NCBI GenBank assembly: GCA_963736115.1
Contig: CAVTNR010000008.1
Span: 64,001 to 128,000, forward strand
From: an uncultured bacterium
Lineage (GTDB): Bacteria > Zhuqueibacterota > QNDG01 > DTFT01
Direction: 5' to 3'
Length of the DNA stretch: 64,000 nucleotides
Shown here: piece after piece, positions 1 through 10,198 of the stretch
Position numbering within the stretch: the first letter of the stretch is position 1
How the letters are laid out: every line of letters begins with the position of its first letter
Notes under the pieces: model-generated
Databases searched by the model: none
The model's input: only the letters and a program-made list of their open reading frames with translations
What the model was told of the DNA's origin: nothing
Made by a program: the position numbers and the translations under genes

Positions 1-314
1 GAACAGGCCGAGAAAGAGAATCGGGTCGCCGGGGAACGAGACCGCCGCGGGCCTGCCGCCGAAAGGCGCCAGGGTCAGAGCGGTCACCGCGGCCGCGGCC
101 CCGATCACGGGTCCGGCGCGGAAAATCCAGGTGGTGGTCCGGGAGATAAACGGCGCCCTTGGCCAGGCCCTTGGCGATGTCGTAATAGACCTGGAGCAGG
201 GGCTGGCCCCTGCGGCCCGCGAAGAACGCCTTGGTCCGGTTGACGATGCCCGCCAGCAGGGGGGACAGGACGAGGCCGATTGCGAATTGAATCCAGGGAA
301 CGCCAGTTCTGCAT
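1..314 (-). CDS. HyfC/HycD/NuoH-like membrane subunit of a hydrogenase-4/Ehr-like complex (5' part; runs off the window; contains indels)
   Basis: ATG at 314, 5 nt after the hyfB-like stop. Reading across frame changes gives LSPLLAGIVNRTKAFFAGRRGQPLLQVYYDIAKGLAKGAVY..RTTTWIFRAGPVI, typical of the HyfC/HycD N-terminus. Confidence 0.75.
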
Positions 315-319
315 GGCCG

Positions 320-2323
320 TCACCTCAGCATCCAGAGGAGAAGGGCCAGCAGTGTCAGCACCATGTAGGCGACGTACACCTGCAGGCGGCCTTCCTGTAT
401 GGACCGTATCCGGGAGAACAGACGGGACACACCCGCGAGCAGGGGCCGGTACAGTCTCTCGCGGCTCATGTCCGGCGTCTCGGTTTCGAACCTGCGGCCC
501 GCGGGAAAATAGCCCTCGGGCGGACGCACGTTCTTGCGCGTGCCGAGGAGAAAGCCGAACAGCTCGGTCGCGGGCTGGACGAACGAGGAGCCGGTGTACT
601 GCATGCGGGCCGTGGCGGGTTCGTATCCGCAGCCCCAGGTGACGGATTTCCGGGCCGCAGGCCGGCCGCGGCGCAGGCGCAGAAGCGCGATGCCGCCGGC
701 CGCGAGAACCAGAAAGCCGGAAACCGCCGCGATTTTCCATAGCCATTCTGAAATATCCGCTGTTTCCGTCAGAGGCACGGGGCCGAAGACCGCAGCCGCG
801 GCCGGAATCACGGTACTGAACAGGGCGGCCCAGGCCAGGCCGCCCAGGACGCAGAATGCGGCCGGAATCGCCATGGGAACCGTCATCGAAGCCGGGGATT
901 CAGTAGCGTCCGCGCCCGCGTCCGAGCGCGGCGAGCCGAGAAAGGAGACGCCGAAGGCTTTAATATAAACAATCAGGGAGAGCCCGAAGACGAGCGCGAG
1001 AACCGAGGCCGCGCCTGCCATGGAAACGGCCGTGGACGGGTCCGCTTCGGTCACACCCCGCCACAGTCCGGACAGCAGGAGGAATTCCCCGAAGAACCCG
1101 TTGAAAGGAGGCAGTCCGGAGGCGGCGAGGGATCCGGCGAGAAAGAACGCGGCCGTGAGCGGCATGCGGCGCGACAGGCCGCCGAGCCGATCCATCTCGC
1201 GCGTGGCCGCGGCCTTGACCGCGGATCCGGCCGCGAGAAACAGCGTTCCCTTGAATGCCGCGTGATTGACCGTGTGCACGAGCGCGGCCGCGAAACCGAG
1301 AAACGCCACGGACTGGAGGCCGGCGGCCCGGCCCACGGTCGCGACGCCGAGCGCCAGGCAGACGATGCCGACGTTCTCGATGCTGGAATAGGCGAGCAGG
1401 CGCTTGAGGTCGCGCTGGGCCAGGGCGAAGAGCACGCCGGTCAGCGCGGACACGGCGCCGACCGCGATCAGCGTCCATCCCCACCAGGCGTCCGGAACGC
1501 CGAGAAAACCGAGGGTCCGGATCAGCCCGTACAGCCCGGTCTTGATCATCACGCCGGACATCAGCGCGGAAACGTGGCTCGGCGCGGCAGGATGCGCGTC
1601 GGGCAGCCAGACGTGCAGGGGGACGAATCCCGCCTTGGCGCCGAAACCGATCAAGGCCAGGACAAAGGCGGCGGACGCGGCCGGACCCGCCAGACTGCCG
1701 CTGAACGCGGCGAAATCCGCCGTGCCCGCGGCGTTCGCGAAGGACAGGAACATCGGGATGAGAAAGGCGGTTCCGACGTGCGCGGCGACGAGATAGATGA
1801 ACGCGGCCCTGCGCACGCCTTCCTCCCGTGGTCGAAGGCGACCAGAAAGAAGGACGACAGCGCCATGGTCTCCCAGGCCAGCAGGAAGAAGAGGGCGTTG
1901 TCCGCGAGACAGACGCCGATCATGCCGCAGACCAGGGCGTTGAAGGGGAGCCAGGAGCGGCCCGCGCTGGCCGGGGTCATGGCCGCCGAGATAGTCCGGG
2001 CCGTACCAGGCGGACAATGCGCTGAGGACGACGATCGGGACGAGGAAAAACGCGGCGAGCGGATCCAGGTGAAAGGCGAAAGAACCGAACGGCATCGGCC
2101 ACGGCCAGGCCTTCCGGATCGGCGCCAGACCGGCGAGCACGCGGCAGGCCGGAATCAGCACCAGGACGGCCGCGATCACGACGCCCGCGGGACCGACGCG
2201 GCGGCCGAAGCCGCTGTCAGCGCGGAACAGCCGGGGCGCGATTCCGGAGGCCAGGAGAACGGCGAATGCGGCCAGAACGGGAATCATGCCGGTCCCCGAA
2301 ACGTCCATCCGTTCACGCGGCAT
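320..2323 (-). CDS. Proton-conducting antiporter-like membrane subunit (HyfB/NuoL-M family)
   Basis: Motifs GFGAKAGFVPLHVWLPDAHPAAPSHVSALMSGVMIKTG, DLKRLLAYSSIEN, NHAAFKG and TWGCGY..ARMQYT. The segment FFLLAWETMALSSFFLV lies in another frame (ORF 1651-1980), i.e. two compensating indels near 1830-1985. Confidence 0.9.
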   Translation of the reverse strand: MPRERMDVSGTGMIPVLAAFAVLLASGIAPRLFRADSGFGRRVGPAGVVIAAVLVLIPACRVLAGLAPIRKAWPWPMPFGSFAFHLDPLAAFFLVPIVVLSALSAWYGPDYLGGHDPGQRGPLLAPLQRPGLRHDRRLSRGQRPLLPAGLGDHGAVVLLSGRLRPREEGVRRAAFIYLVAAHVGTAFLIPMFLSFANAAGTADFAAFSGSLAGPAASAAFVLALIGFGAKAGFVPLHVWLPDAHPAAPSHVSALMSGVMIKTGLYGLIRTLGFLGVPDAWWGWTLIAVGAVSALTGVLFALAQRDLKRLLAYSSIENVGIVCLALGVATVGRAAGLQSVAFLGFAAALVHTVNHAAFKGTLFLAAGSAVKAAATREMDRLGGLSRRMPLTAAFFLAGSLAASGLPPFNGFFGEFLLLSGLWRGVTEADPSTAVSMAGAASVLALVFGLSLIVYIKAFGVSFLGSPRSDAGADATESPASMTVPMAIPAAFCVLGGLAWAALFSTVIPAAAAVFGPVPLTETADISEWLWKIAAVSGFLVLAAGGIALLRLRRGRPAARKSVTWGCGYEPATARMQYTGSSFVQPATELFGFLLGTRKNVRPPEGYFPAGRRFETETPDMSRERLYRPLLAGVSRLFSRIRSIQEGRLQVYVAYMVLTLLALLLWMLR

Positions 2324-3014
2324 CCTCCCCGTCCAGGGACGCGGGAAAGGCCTTTTCGAGTTTTTCCACTTCGGCCAGAATCGCGGCCTCGGACGGCCTT
2401 TCGCGGAGCATTTTTTTCATCTCCGGCTGATGCAGCAGAAAGGCGAGACGCGACAGGAGCCGGATGTGCTTCCGCACGGTCGGGCTGAGCAGAATGAAGA
2501 TGACGCTCACGGGCTTCTGGTCGATCGCGCTGAAATCGACCGGCTTTTTCAGAAAGACCAGGGCGATTTCGGGCCTGTCCACGGGCAGAACGATGGGCGT
2601 CCGCGGGTGGGGGATGGCGACGCCGTTCCCCATGGCCGTGGACCCGAGCGTCTCGCGCGCCAGCAGCATGCGGAACAGAAAATCCCGGTCCACGCCCTCC
2701 GGAAGCCGGATGCGCCGGACAGCCTCGGCCATGGCCGTTTCCATCGAATTGCCCGGCACGTCGTAGAAAATGCCGCCTGTCCGCAGGGCGCTGGCGACGG
2801 TCAGCCGGTCCCCGCCGGACGCGTTCCGGTCCGCGGCGAATTCCGGGGACACCGGCACGCCCGCGGCCGTGGCCCATTCCAGCAGTTCAGTCCGGTTGAA
2901 GCGCAGGCGGCCCTGGACGCGCATCGCCGGCAGTCCGCTCCCCTCAATCCATTTGCGGATTTTGGACTCCGTGACATTCAGCAGACGCGAGGCGTCTTTC
3001 AGATTCAGTTCCAT
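2313..3014 (-). CDS. Excisionase-type HTH fused to a PTS EIIA (PtsN/Fru-type) domain
   Basis: N-terminal LKDASRLLNVTESKIRKWI..LPAMRVQGRLRFNR (HTH_17-like). EIIA motif RETLGSTAMGNGVAIPHPR retains the phospho-acceptor His. Overlaps the start of the hyfB-like gene. Confidence 0.88.
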   Translation of the reverse strand: MELNLKDASRLLNVTESKIRKWIEGSGLPAMRVQGRLRFNRTELLEWATAAGVPVSPEFAADRNASGGDRLTVASALRTGGIFYDVPGNSMETAMAEAVRRIRLPEGVDRDFLFRMLLARETLGSTAMGNGVAIPHPRTPIVLPVDRPEIALVFLKKPVDFSAIDQKPVSVIFILLSPTVRKHIRLLSRLAFLLHQPEMKKMLRERPSEAAILAEVEKLEKAFPASLDGEDAA

Positions 3015-3398
3015 TCACGCATTCCATTGTTGACTGTTTTTTTTGTCCGCATGTACGGACGCTCCGATGCCATGCAGTCGCCGCCGCTCATAGAACGGCG
3101 GGATCCGGCCGGTTTCATCAGAAGATGCCGTTCCGAGGGATGGGTCGGGATGGCCCATACAGAGGGCCGCGGCTGCCGGTCGATAAAATAAGGAGGGGGC
3201 GTTCAGCGTCCCCTGAAGGGACGCCGCTGCATGCGTTGAAACACTCCATCGAGGTTCAAGCTCAAGAATAATGCCCCCGGAGACCGAACCGGGGGCGCCA
3301 TCCGTCTTCTCTATATGCACATTCCTCCGGTTCGTCGGGACCGACGATCCGACGGTCCGGGGAATCATCCGCAAAATGGGACCTTCAAAAGCCCGCGG

Positions 3399-3899
3399 TT
3401 AAAGGCCGGTCGCCGGGCCGCCTTCCGGCCAGTCTTCCTTGAGTCCGTTCATGCGGTCCGTCAGGTCCGCAAGCTCGTCGCGCAGGCTCTGAATTTCCCG
3501 GTCCGCGTCCTCCCGGTTCATGTACCCCGCGGATTCGCGCCGTAAAGCCTCCACTTCGACGTGCATCTGATCGACATTGGCCGTGTTGTTCTCGAGCTGA
3601 TCGGCCAGCGCGTCGATTTTCCTTTCCGTCGAATCGATGCGTTTCTCGATCATGTCGATGCGGCGGTCCAATTGCATCCACTCGTCTTTCCCGATCCCCC
3701 CGGCCGCGTCCCGGGCGGGCATCAATCCCGCCAGTTCCTCCCGGGTCACGTAATTGGTAAGTGTTTTTTTTGGAACCCGCTGAAGGACTTTCTCTTTCGT
3801 GGCGTATTCCACCTTGGCTGTCTTCGGCTTTGCGGCTTTTTTCACCTGCTTTTTCGCCTTGGGCCGGACAGCCGGTTTCTTCTTTGCGGCTTTAGCCAT
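3399..3899 (-). CDS. Hypothetical protein with Lys/Ala-rich basic N-terminus and acidic coiled-coil C-terminus
   Basis: MAKAAKKKPAVRPKAKKQVKKAAKPK followed by a heptad-patterned region; G-rich RBS-like sequence upstream. Confidence 0.7.
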   Translation of the reverse strand: MAKAAKKKPAVRPKAKKQVKKAAKPKTAKVEYATKEKVLQRVPKKTLTNYVTREELAGLMPARDAAGGIGKDEWMQLDRRIDMIEKRIDSTERKIDALADQLENNTANVDQMHVEVEALRRESAGYMNREDADREIQSLRDELADLTDRMNGLKEDWPEGGPATGL

Positions 3900-4198
3900 G
3901 AGTCGATCCCCCCGAAAATGGGTTGTTGGGTTGGAGAGGTTATTTCAAAAATAATGGAATTTTCGGAAAAAGTCAACAAGCTTTTTTCTAATCCTGCAAT
4001 TTTCATATGGTTTCAGCCGGGCGGGATGGAGCAGGTTACACGCCGGCGGGACTGCACGACGAGAAACGAGCGTATTATAACTGAAAATACTGAAATTGCA
4101 TATAACGATAAGACCTGAAAGGTCTTTCAGACCATTCAGGTCTTTTCGAAAATTTCAAGTCTTTTGGACACACCCGGGGTCAAATTTGGAAATCGACA

Positions 4199-6417
4199 TT
4201 ACTTCATTAAAATCATTTTCTTGGATAATGTTCTGCCTTTCGAATGAAGGCGGCATACGTAGACTCCGGACTGTAGTTCTTCCCCTGCATCACTTAATCC
4301 GTTCCATGTCCTGGCATGAAACCCTGCCGGCAGATCTACTGCGGACCAAAGTCCTCACCCGGCGTCCAAACGCGTTGAAAACCGTGACTTCGACAGGTCC
4401 GGCAGAAGCCAGGCTGAATCGGACGACGGTTGAGGAATTAAAGGGATTCGGGTAATTGGCGTATAATCCGAAGGATTCCGGCTCAAGTCCGGGAATGCCT
4501 GAATCCGGAAGAGAAGGATGCGATCTCCTCATCCATCCATTCGAACCGGGCCGCCAGCCAGTACTTCAGGTAATTCACTTCGTCGCTGTATGTGTGGAAG
4601 GATTCAAAAATTCTTGGAACCGGCCAGAATCCCTCTCCGCGCTCTCCGGGCCCGGGCCACATCCCGAAATTCCGGGCCTGGGCTTCGGTCAGCGTGTCCG
4701 CCATGGCGTCGACCAGCGCGAGCACGTTTTCCGTGGAGAGAACGGTTTTTCTCAGGGACTGCCAGCGGACGCGGATGCGGCTCCGAAAAGCCGGGTCCTC
4801 CAGCAGTTTTTTCCAGAAGAAGGGCGGCGGGCTGCCGTCCGCCATGGCCTGCGGATGAGAAGTCAGATTGTCTATCTGCCAGTCCCCGGGGCCTTCCGCT
4901 CCGTAATAATCCGCGTTGCCGATGCCCAGATCCGCGTCCCACACCGGGCCCGCGGCCAGCCTGCCGCCGCGGCTGTCCCTCTCCTTGGAAAAGAACGCGC
5001 TGAGCCTGTAGCCGTCCACGTTCTTGCCGATTTCGTTGAGAATGAAGTGGTCGGTGAATGCGTCCGCGTCGATGAAGCGGCCGTAACCGTTCACCGGGTC
5101 GGCCGCGTCCGGGCCGTTCATCATCGTTTCGAAATCGCGGATGAAGCCGCTGATGTAGGTTTTCTGCTCCGGACGGATGGCGTCGTCCGCGGGGTCGTGG
5201 TACTGATAGGAAATGCGCTGGAAGGCGCCCGGCCACGGCGGAACCGCGGACATGAAAAAATCATTTCCGGTTTTGTCGATCTTCACGATGTATCCGCCGG
5301 TGAGCGCGTCTCCTGAAATATCGTCCGCGTTCAATTCAGCGACTGCCACGCGGTTCCGGTCCCGCTTGATTTTTTCCATCAGCACGTACACGCCCCGGGG
5401 CCGGCCGTTCAGAACCAGCTCGCAGAACCGCGTGCGGCTGGCGTACCGGCCCATGCGGATGGAAAGCCGATACAGGAGCGCGTTCCGCATCAGGGAGCGG
5501 TCCACGTACGGGCCGTAGAGAACCCAGTCGTTCTCCCGTGGGAATCCGAGCAGGGGCACGTTCCGGCTCGTTCCGTCCGTGTTCCGGATCTCGAGATTGT
5601 AGGATTTTTTCGGATACCCGGCCGAGCTCTGGCCGCGGATCTCCATGCCCGCGGGCCCGGAATACGCGTTCGGCGGATCCGTGGACATGTTCCGTTCTCC
5701 CGGGCCGTGGTCGATGACGGACAGATCCACGGTCGTGCGCTGTTCCGGGCTCAGCACGCGGCCGCGGGTCCGGACGCAGACCAGGGGCAGGTTCGAGGAC
5801 ACCGGGGGAGGAAGCGTCGTGTCCAGTTCAAGGGAAACCCAGAGCAGGAAGTCCGGATCGCCCGGCGCCGCGTTGAAGCCCTGCAGGGCCAGGAGGTTCG
5901 TTCCGACGGCCAGATCCGGGACCACTGAGGTGATGTCGAATACGCGCGGTTCCGCGCTGGCCTCGTGGCCGGCCGTCGCCCTGGAGTTGAACCGGGCGTT
6001 CGGCGGCGCGTTCGCGTCCGCGATTCTCCGTCCGTTGATGAAGGCAATGAAACCGTCGTCGTAACGGATCTTGAGCGTCAGCGACTGCGACGCGGCGACC
6101 ATGGCCTCAGTGACGGTAAAGAGGGCGCGCATCATCGCAGTCCGGTCCGCGCCGAGCGCATCCGTTTTCATCGCGGCCCCGAGGTCCAGCCCGATCCACG
6201 GTCCATAGAGGCCGGAGTCGTCGTAACCCGCGCCCCCCAAAGCGGCCGTCCACGCGGCGTCGTCGAAAGCCGCATTCTGGCGCCACGCGGAATTCACGGT
6301 CGTGAGCGGCACGAGAATCCGTTTCGGGCCGTCTCCGGGGACGAGCGGAACGATTTGCGACCGTCCCGCGGAACCGAACAGGAGAAAGAGAGAGACGGTT
6401 CCGATAAGAATCCGCAT
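4199..6417 (-). CDS. Secreted CotH kinase family protein with C-terminal T9SS/FlgD-type sorting domain (indels near 4500 and 4330)
   Basis: Signal peptide; IRGQSS..YPKKSY, DRSLMRN, GVYVLMEKIK and GPVWDAD CotH motifs. Other frames continue with NYPNPFNSSTVVRF..VRTL and WNGLSDAGEELQSGVYVCRLHSKGRTLSKKMILMK-stop at 4199. Confidence 0.85.
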
Positions 6418-6507
6418 GCACACTCCAGGGCTTGAGATCCGCCGCCGGCGCATCGGGGCGGGAACGCGGTCGAAGCTTCGTCCTCCGGCCGCTGGGGCGG
6501 TCAGTCG

Positions 6508-6715
6508 ATCGGGCTGTCAGAAGCCCGCTTACCGTCTAAAATAGAATACCTGCAATTTGGTGAATGCGGGCTTCTGACAGCTCCGACGGGTCTGTTCCCC
6601 CGGCTTCGCCGGACCAAGCAATGAGATTTGTTCATTATTGAAGGCCCGCCTTTTATCTTCAATAATTCAAAAATATAATCGCTTGATCCCGCGAAGCGGG
6701 GCGGTGCCCTTCATC
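6508..6715 (+). repeat. Composite palindromic intergenic element, copy 1 of 4; carries two micro-element inserts (6600-6644, 6656-6700)
   Basis: ATCGGGCTGTCAGAAGCCCGC...GCGGGCTTCTGACAGCTCCGA inverted repeat; aligns by eye with 32774, 36247 and 62272. Confidence 0.85.
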
Positions 6716-6751
6716 CCATTTTCCTTTAATCCCCAGCTTCTTACGGCAGAG

Positions 6752-8694
6752 TCATCTAGTCCGAACGATTTTTCGGGTCCGGACCGAACGGTCCGTTTTC
6801 AGGACGAGCAGGTACACGCCGGCCGGGAGGTCTCCGGCCGTGAACGAAACACTGCGGCCGCCTTCGGCCGCGGATCCGGAACGGAGCGTGCGGACCCTGC
6901 GACCCAGACAGTCGTACAGGATCAGCGAGACGGTGCCCGCTTCCGGGAGCGTCCAGGCGACCGATGCGGAGCCGGAACGGGATTTGGGTGGATGTCCATT
7001 CCCGGTTCCGCCGTCGATCCGGTCCCGCGGTGCGCGGACGGACGAGGCCGTGTCAGGCGCCGGCCAGGTTCTTCCCGTCCAGGTCCCAGGCTCCGTTCGG
7101 CGCGGGAGTCCCATGTGGCAGTAGCGCGATGACGGCCAGGTCCGCGGTCTTAGCGGCCTCGGATGCGTCGAAATCAAGCGTGCCGCACCGTGTCGTTCAC
7201 GGCGATCCAGGCAGCGCCGGACCCGGAGAGGGCGCCGTCCGCGGCATGCGGCCCTGAATCCCGCGCCACGGTCCCGGATCCGTCGTTCATGCGCCAGGCC
7301 GCGGCCAGGGCAGCGGAGAAGGGATGGGCGTCATCATCCGGCCCAAGTTACCTCCGGTTTCCACCGGCCGATACATCCACTCCCGCAGAACCGAATCCGG
7401 CAGGGCCGCGGACCAGACCCTCACCTCGCTGACTGTCGACGGCCGCGAAATCCGGACGGCCGGCCGCGGCGTCCTGTCCGATCGCGATTCCGGCTGTTCC
7501 GTCCACGCTTCCCACCGCGGACCAGTCCGCGGCCGCGGTGCGGATTCCGTCCTGCATCAGGACGAGGCGGCCGCCCCGGTCGAAAACCGCGGCGATGTGG
7601 TGCCAGCGTCCGTCCGCGATCACGGGCCCGGAGACATTCGTCCGGACGGAGCCGTCCGCCGCGTTCACCCGCCATTTGCCCTCGTCGATGAGGTCGATGG
7701 AGAATCCCCGGTTGCGGTCGGACGATCCGTCCTTGTTGGAAATCAGAACCGGCCGGCCCGACCACCCGTTCGTGCGCACGCAGCATTCGATCGTGAAACC
7801 GGCGTCCGCGCCGAAACGGAACGCGGGCCGGTCCGGCGCGGAGACAAAGCCGCTCCGGCCGTCCAGCCGTATCGCATATTCCGGAACTCGCAGGCTGTCC
7901 GTCTCCCAGCGGTGCGGGTTCTCCCGCGGCCGTGTGCCGCCGCCGGAGACGATGAAGAAGGTCCGCATCTCCTCGAGCGTGGACCCGCCGTGATGCGTGC
8001 CGAGCCCCCCGTGGTCCGTGAGCGCGATGACCATCCAGTCCTCATCCGCGTATCCCGGCCTGGAACGCATCGCGGCCAGCACTTCGCCGACACGGCCGTC
8101 CGCGGTTTCGATGGCGTTCCGGTAAGCCATGTTGTCCGGATCGAATCCGGACGCGTGGCCTTCGGCGTCGATGGCGCCGAGTTGGACGAAGAGAGCGGCG
8201 GGATCCCCGTGGACCAGCAGGTCCACCGCGCGGTCGACCGTTCGTTCATCGGACCAGTCCCCGGCAGAGACATCCGCGCCGTGGGGCATGGCGGTGTTCA
8301 GGTCCGGCCAGTAGACGAACCATCCGGACGAAAAATCCGGATGCGCGTCCTTCAGCCTCCGGAACAGCATGGGAAAGAGATCGAACCGGCTGTTTGAGAA
8401 GGTGTTGTCCGTGACCCCGTGTTTGCCGTTCCAGACTCCGGTGAACACGGAGGACCAGCAGGGGCCGCTTTTTGTCGGCGGCCGGGAGAGGGCCCACCAG
8501 GAGAAGGCGCTCCCTTCGGCCAGGCCGGACAGATGAGGCGTAGAGCATAACAGCAGGGCGTCGGGTCTGCACCCGTCCACGCCGAGGATGAGCAGGCGGG
8601 ACGCGGCCGCGGGCGCCGGCGACAGTGCGGCGGCAAGCAGAACGACCGCCACGCCGCGAATGCAGGCGGATCCGATTTTTCTGAACCGGTTCAT
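6752..8694 (-). CDS. Secreted alkaline phosphatase/nucleotide pyrophosphatase-phosphodiesterase family protein with LamG domain and T9SS-type C-terminus (several indels 7000-7430)
   Basis: LILGVDGCRPD, TKSGPCWSS, IDAEGH and TDHGG..HGG motifs; LamG DGRWHHIAAVFDR; C-terminus ILYDCLGRRVRTL..LPAGVYLLVL..TRKIV. Confidence 0.82.
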
Positions 8695-8845
8695 GCGTAC
8701 AAGATACGAACGGGACGGAACCGAATCAAGGAGGATCTGGCGAGCCGAAATGATTTTTCGCTTGTTTCGGTGCATAGAGTCACTTATTTTATACAAGTTC
8801 CGAGGGCATTCCGCGGTTCACCCAGGATGAGGCTTCCATCCGGCC

Positions 8846-9877
8846 ATGAACGGCCACGCGTACACCGACATCGACCTGTGCTCCGTCATTCCGGCCCTTT
8901 GCGAGGGGTCGGTATCGGAGCGTGACACCGCGGCTTTCGCGAGGGTCTGCGTGCGGCTTTCCATCGCGACCCTGATGTTCCTGCAGTCGAGGGGTTACCG
9001 GATCATGGATGAGGCGGGAGGCGGCCCGTCGGTTGAGGATACGGCCGCGGATGCGGTGGCGGATCTCTTCGAGCGGGACGCCGCAGGGGAATACGTCCGG
9101 TTCCGCCGTTATTTCAGCCCGCACCTTGAAAAGACCGCATCGAACGCCGAATGGCTCGTGCTGCTTCGGCGGCTGGTGACGCGGCGCGTTCAGCAGGCCC
9201 TGTCGCGCGTGTTCCGGGAACGCGATCCCGAGGGTGCCCGGATCCGCCGCGGCCTGAAAATCGCCGCGCTGAAACACGGCCGGTGGAAACTCGAAACCGC
9301 ATTCGGCAGGCAGTGGATCAGGCTCGATCACGGCATTGTCCGCCCGGGAACCGGCGGCCTTTCCCTGCTGCAGGACGGACACCTCTCCGCTTTGGCCTGC
9401 GGCCGTTTCAATCCCCGCGACACTCTGCCCGTGATCCTCGACAAGCTTTCCGATTTCCTGATCGAGCATCCTGAACTGACGGCCCGAATCGAACTGAACG
9501 ACGCGGTGCGGCTCGTGCGCGGTTACCGGAAGGGCGCGGAACGGGCCGATGTGCCGCCGCCCTCCGAATCGCCTCTGTCTCCGGACCTGATCCAGGCGAT
9601 CGAGTCCGGACGCGACAGCCTGTTCCTGAAAATCCAAAGGGATTACAGGGCCAAAGGGAAACTCGATGAGAAAGAAGCTGAGGCTTTCCGGCTGGCCCTT
9701 TCGGACATGGTGGAGGATGTGCTCGCGGGCGACCCGCTGGGGCCTTATTTCGAGTATCTCCGCGTCCGTTTAAAGGGTTTGGATGAAGAACGCTACCGGA
9801 CCCAACTCCGTACAAAATTTGAATATATGGCCAAATTGCTGAAGCGGAAAATTGAAAGAGCGGTTTCTATTTTCTGA
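8846..9877 (+). CDS. Divergent ECF-like RNA polymerase sigma factor (putative)
   Basis: Region-2-like segments VEDTAADAVADLF and WLVLLRRLVTRRVQQAL; basic helical C-terminus; lies directly upstream of a zinc anti-sigma gene. Motif match is by eye only. Confidence 0.55.
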   Translation: MNGHAYTDIDLCSVIPALCEGSVSERDTAAFARVCVRLSIATLMFLQSRGYRIMDEAGGGPSVEDTAADAVADLFERDAAGEYVRFRRYFSPHLEKTASNAEWLVLLRRLVTRRVQQALSRVFRERDPEGARIRRGLKIAALKHGRWKLETAFGRQWIRLDHGIVRPGTGGLSLLQDGHLSALACGRFNPRDTLPVILDKLSDFLIEHPELTARIELNDAVRLVRGYRKGAERADVPPPSESPLSPDLIQAIESGRDSLFLKIQRDYRAKGKLDEKEAEAFRLALSDMVEDVLAGDPLGPYFEYLRVRLKGLDEERYRTQLRTKFEYMAKLLKRKIERAVSIF

Positions 9878-10013
9878 GGATTCGGGGAATGGGGGTATTA
9901 ATAAGATAGGAGTTCATAGAAAAAAATTTGTTGGAAAGCCGAATACATGGAGTTCACCCTTTAGGGTTTCATTGATAAAAGTGCCGATATAAACATGTCC
10001 GAAAGCCTCGCCT

Positions 10014-10056
10014 TCCCGCTTCGCGGGACCAATCGACAGATTCCCGCTATTGAAGG
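10014..10056 (+). mobile_element. 43-bp micro-element inserted in a hairpin between the sigma-like and anti-sigma genes
   Basis: T-CCCGCTTCGCGGG-ACCAATC-13 nt-TATTGAAGG. Removing it restores the hairpin GCCTGC-TTC-GCGGGC. Confidence 0.65.
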
Positions 10057-10111
10057 GCTTCGCGGGCTCGGCATTTCGGACCTACAAGTACTCAATTGTT
10101 ATAATTCAGAA

Positions 10112-10198
10112 TCCGGAACCTGGAACCCAGAACCTGGAACCCAGAACCCGAACGATCTCGACCATGAACTATGAACCATGAACTATGAACTATGAACT
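10112..10198 (+). repeat. Heptamer tandem repeats (GGAACCT/AGAACCC type, then ATGAACT type) running into the start codon at 10192
   Basis: ccggaacc tggaacc cagaacc tggaacc cagaacc, then atgaact atgaacc atgaact atgaact atgaact. Confidence 0.85.

Noticed and set aside
3015-3374. 119-aa ORF abutting the HTH-EIIA start codon
   Set aside because: No recognisable motif and it overlaps hairpin-rich sequence; cannot be supported as a gene.
1-8694. Frameshifted hyfC-like, hyfB-like, CotH and phosphodiesterase genes as pseudogenes
   Set aside because: Same indel pattern with conserved motifs on both sides, also seen near 26930, 54630 and 62775; treated as sequencing error.
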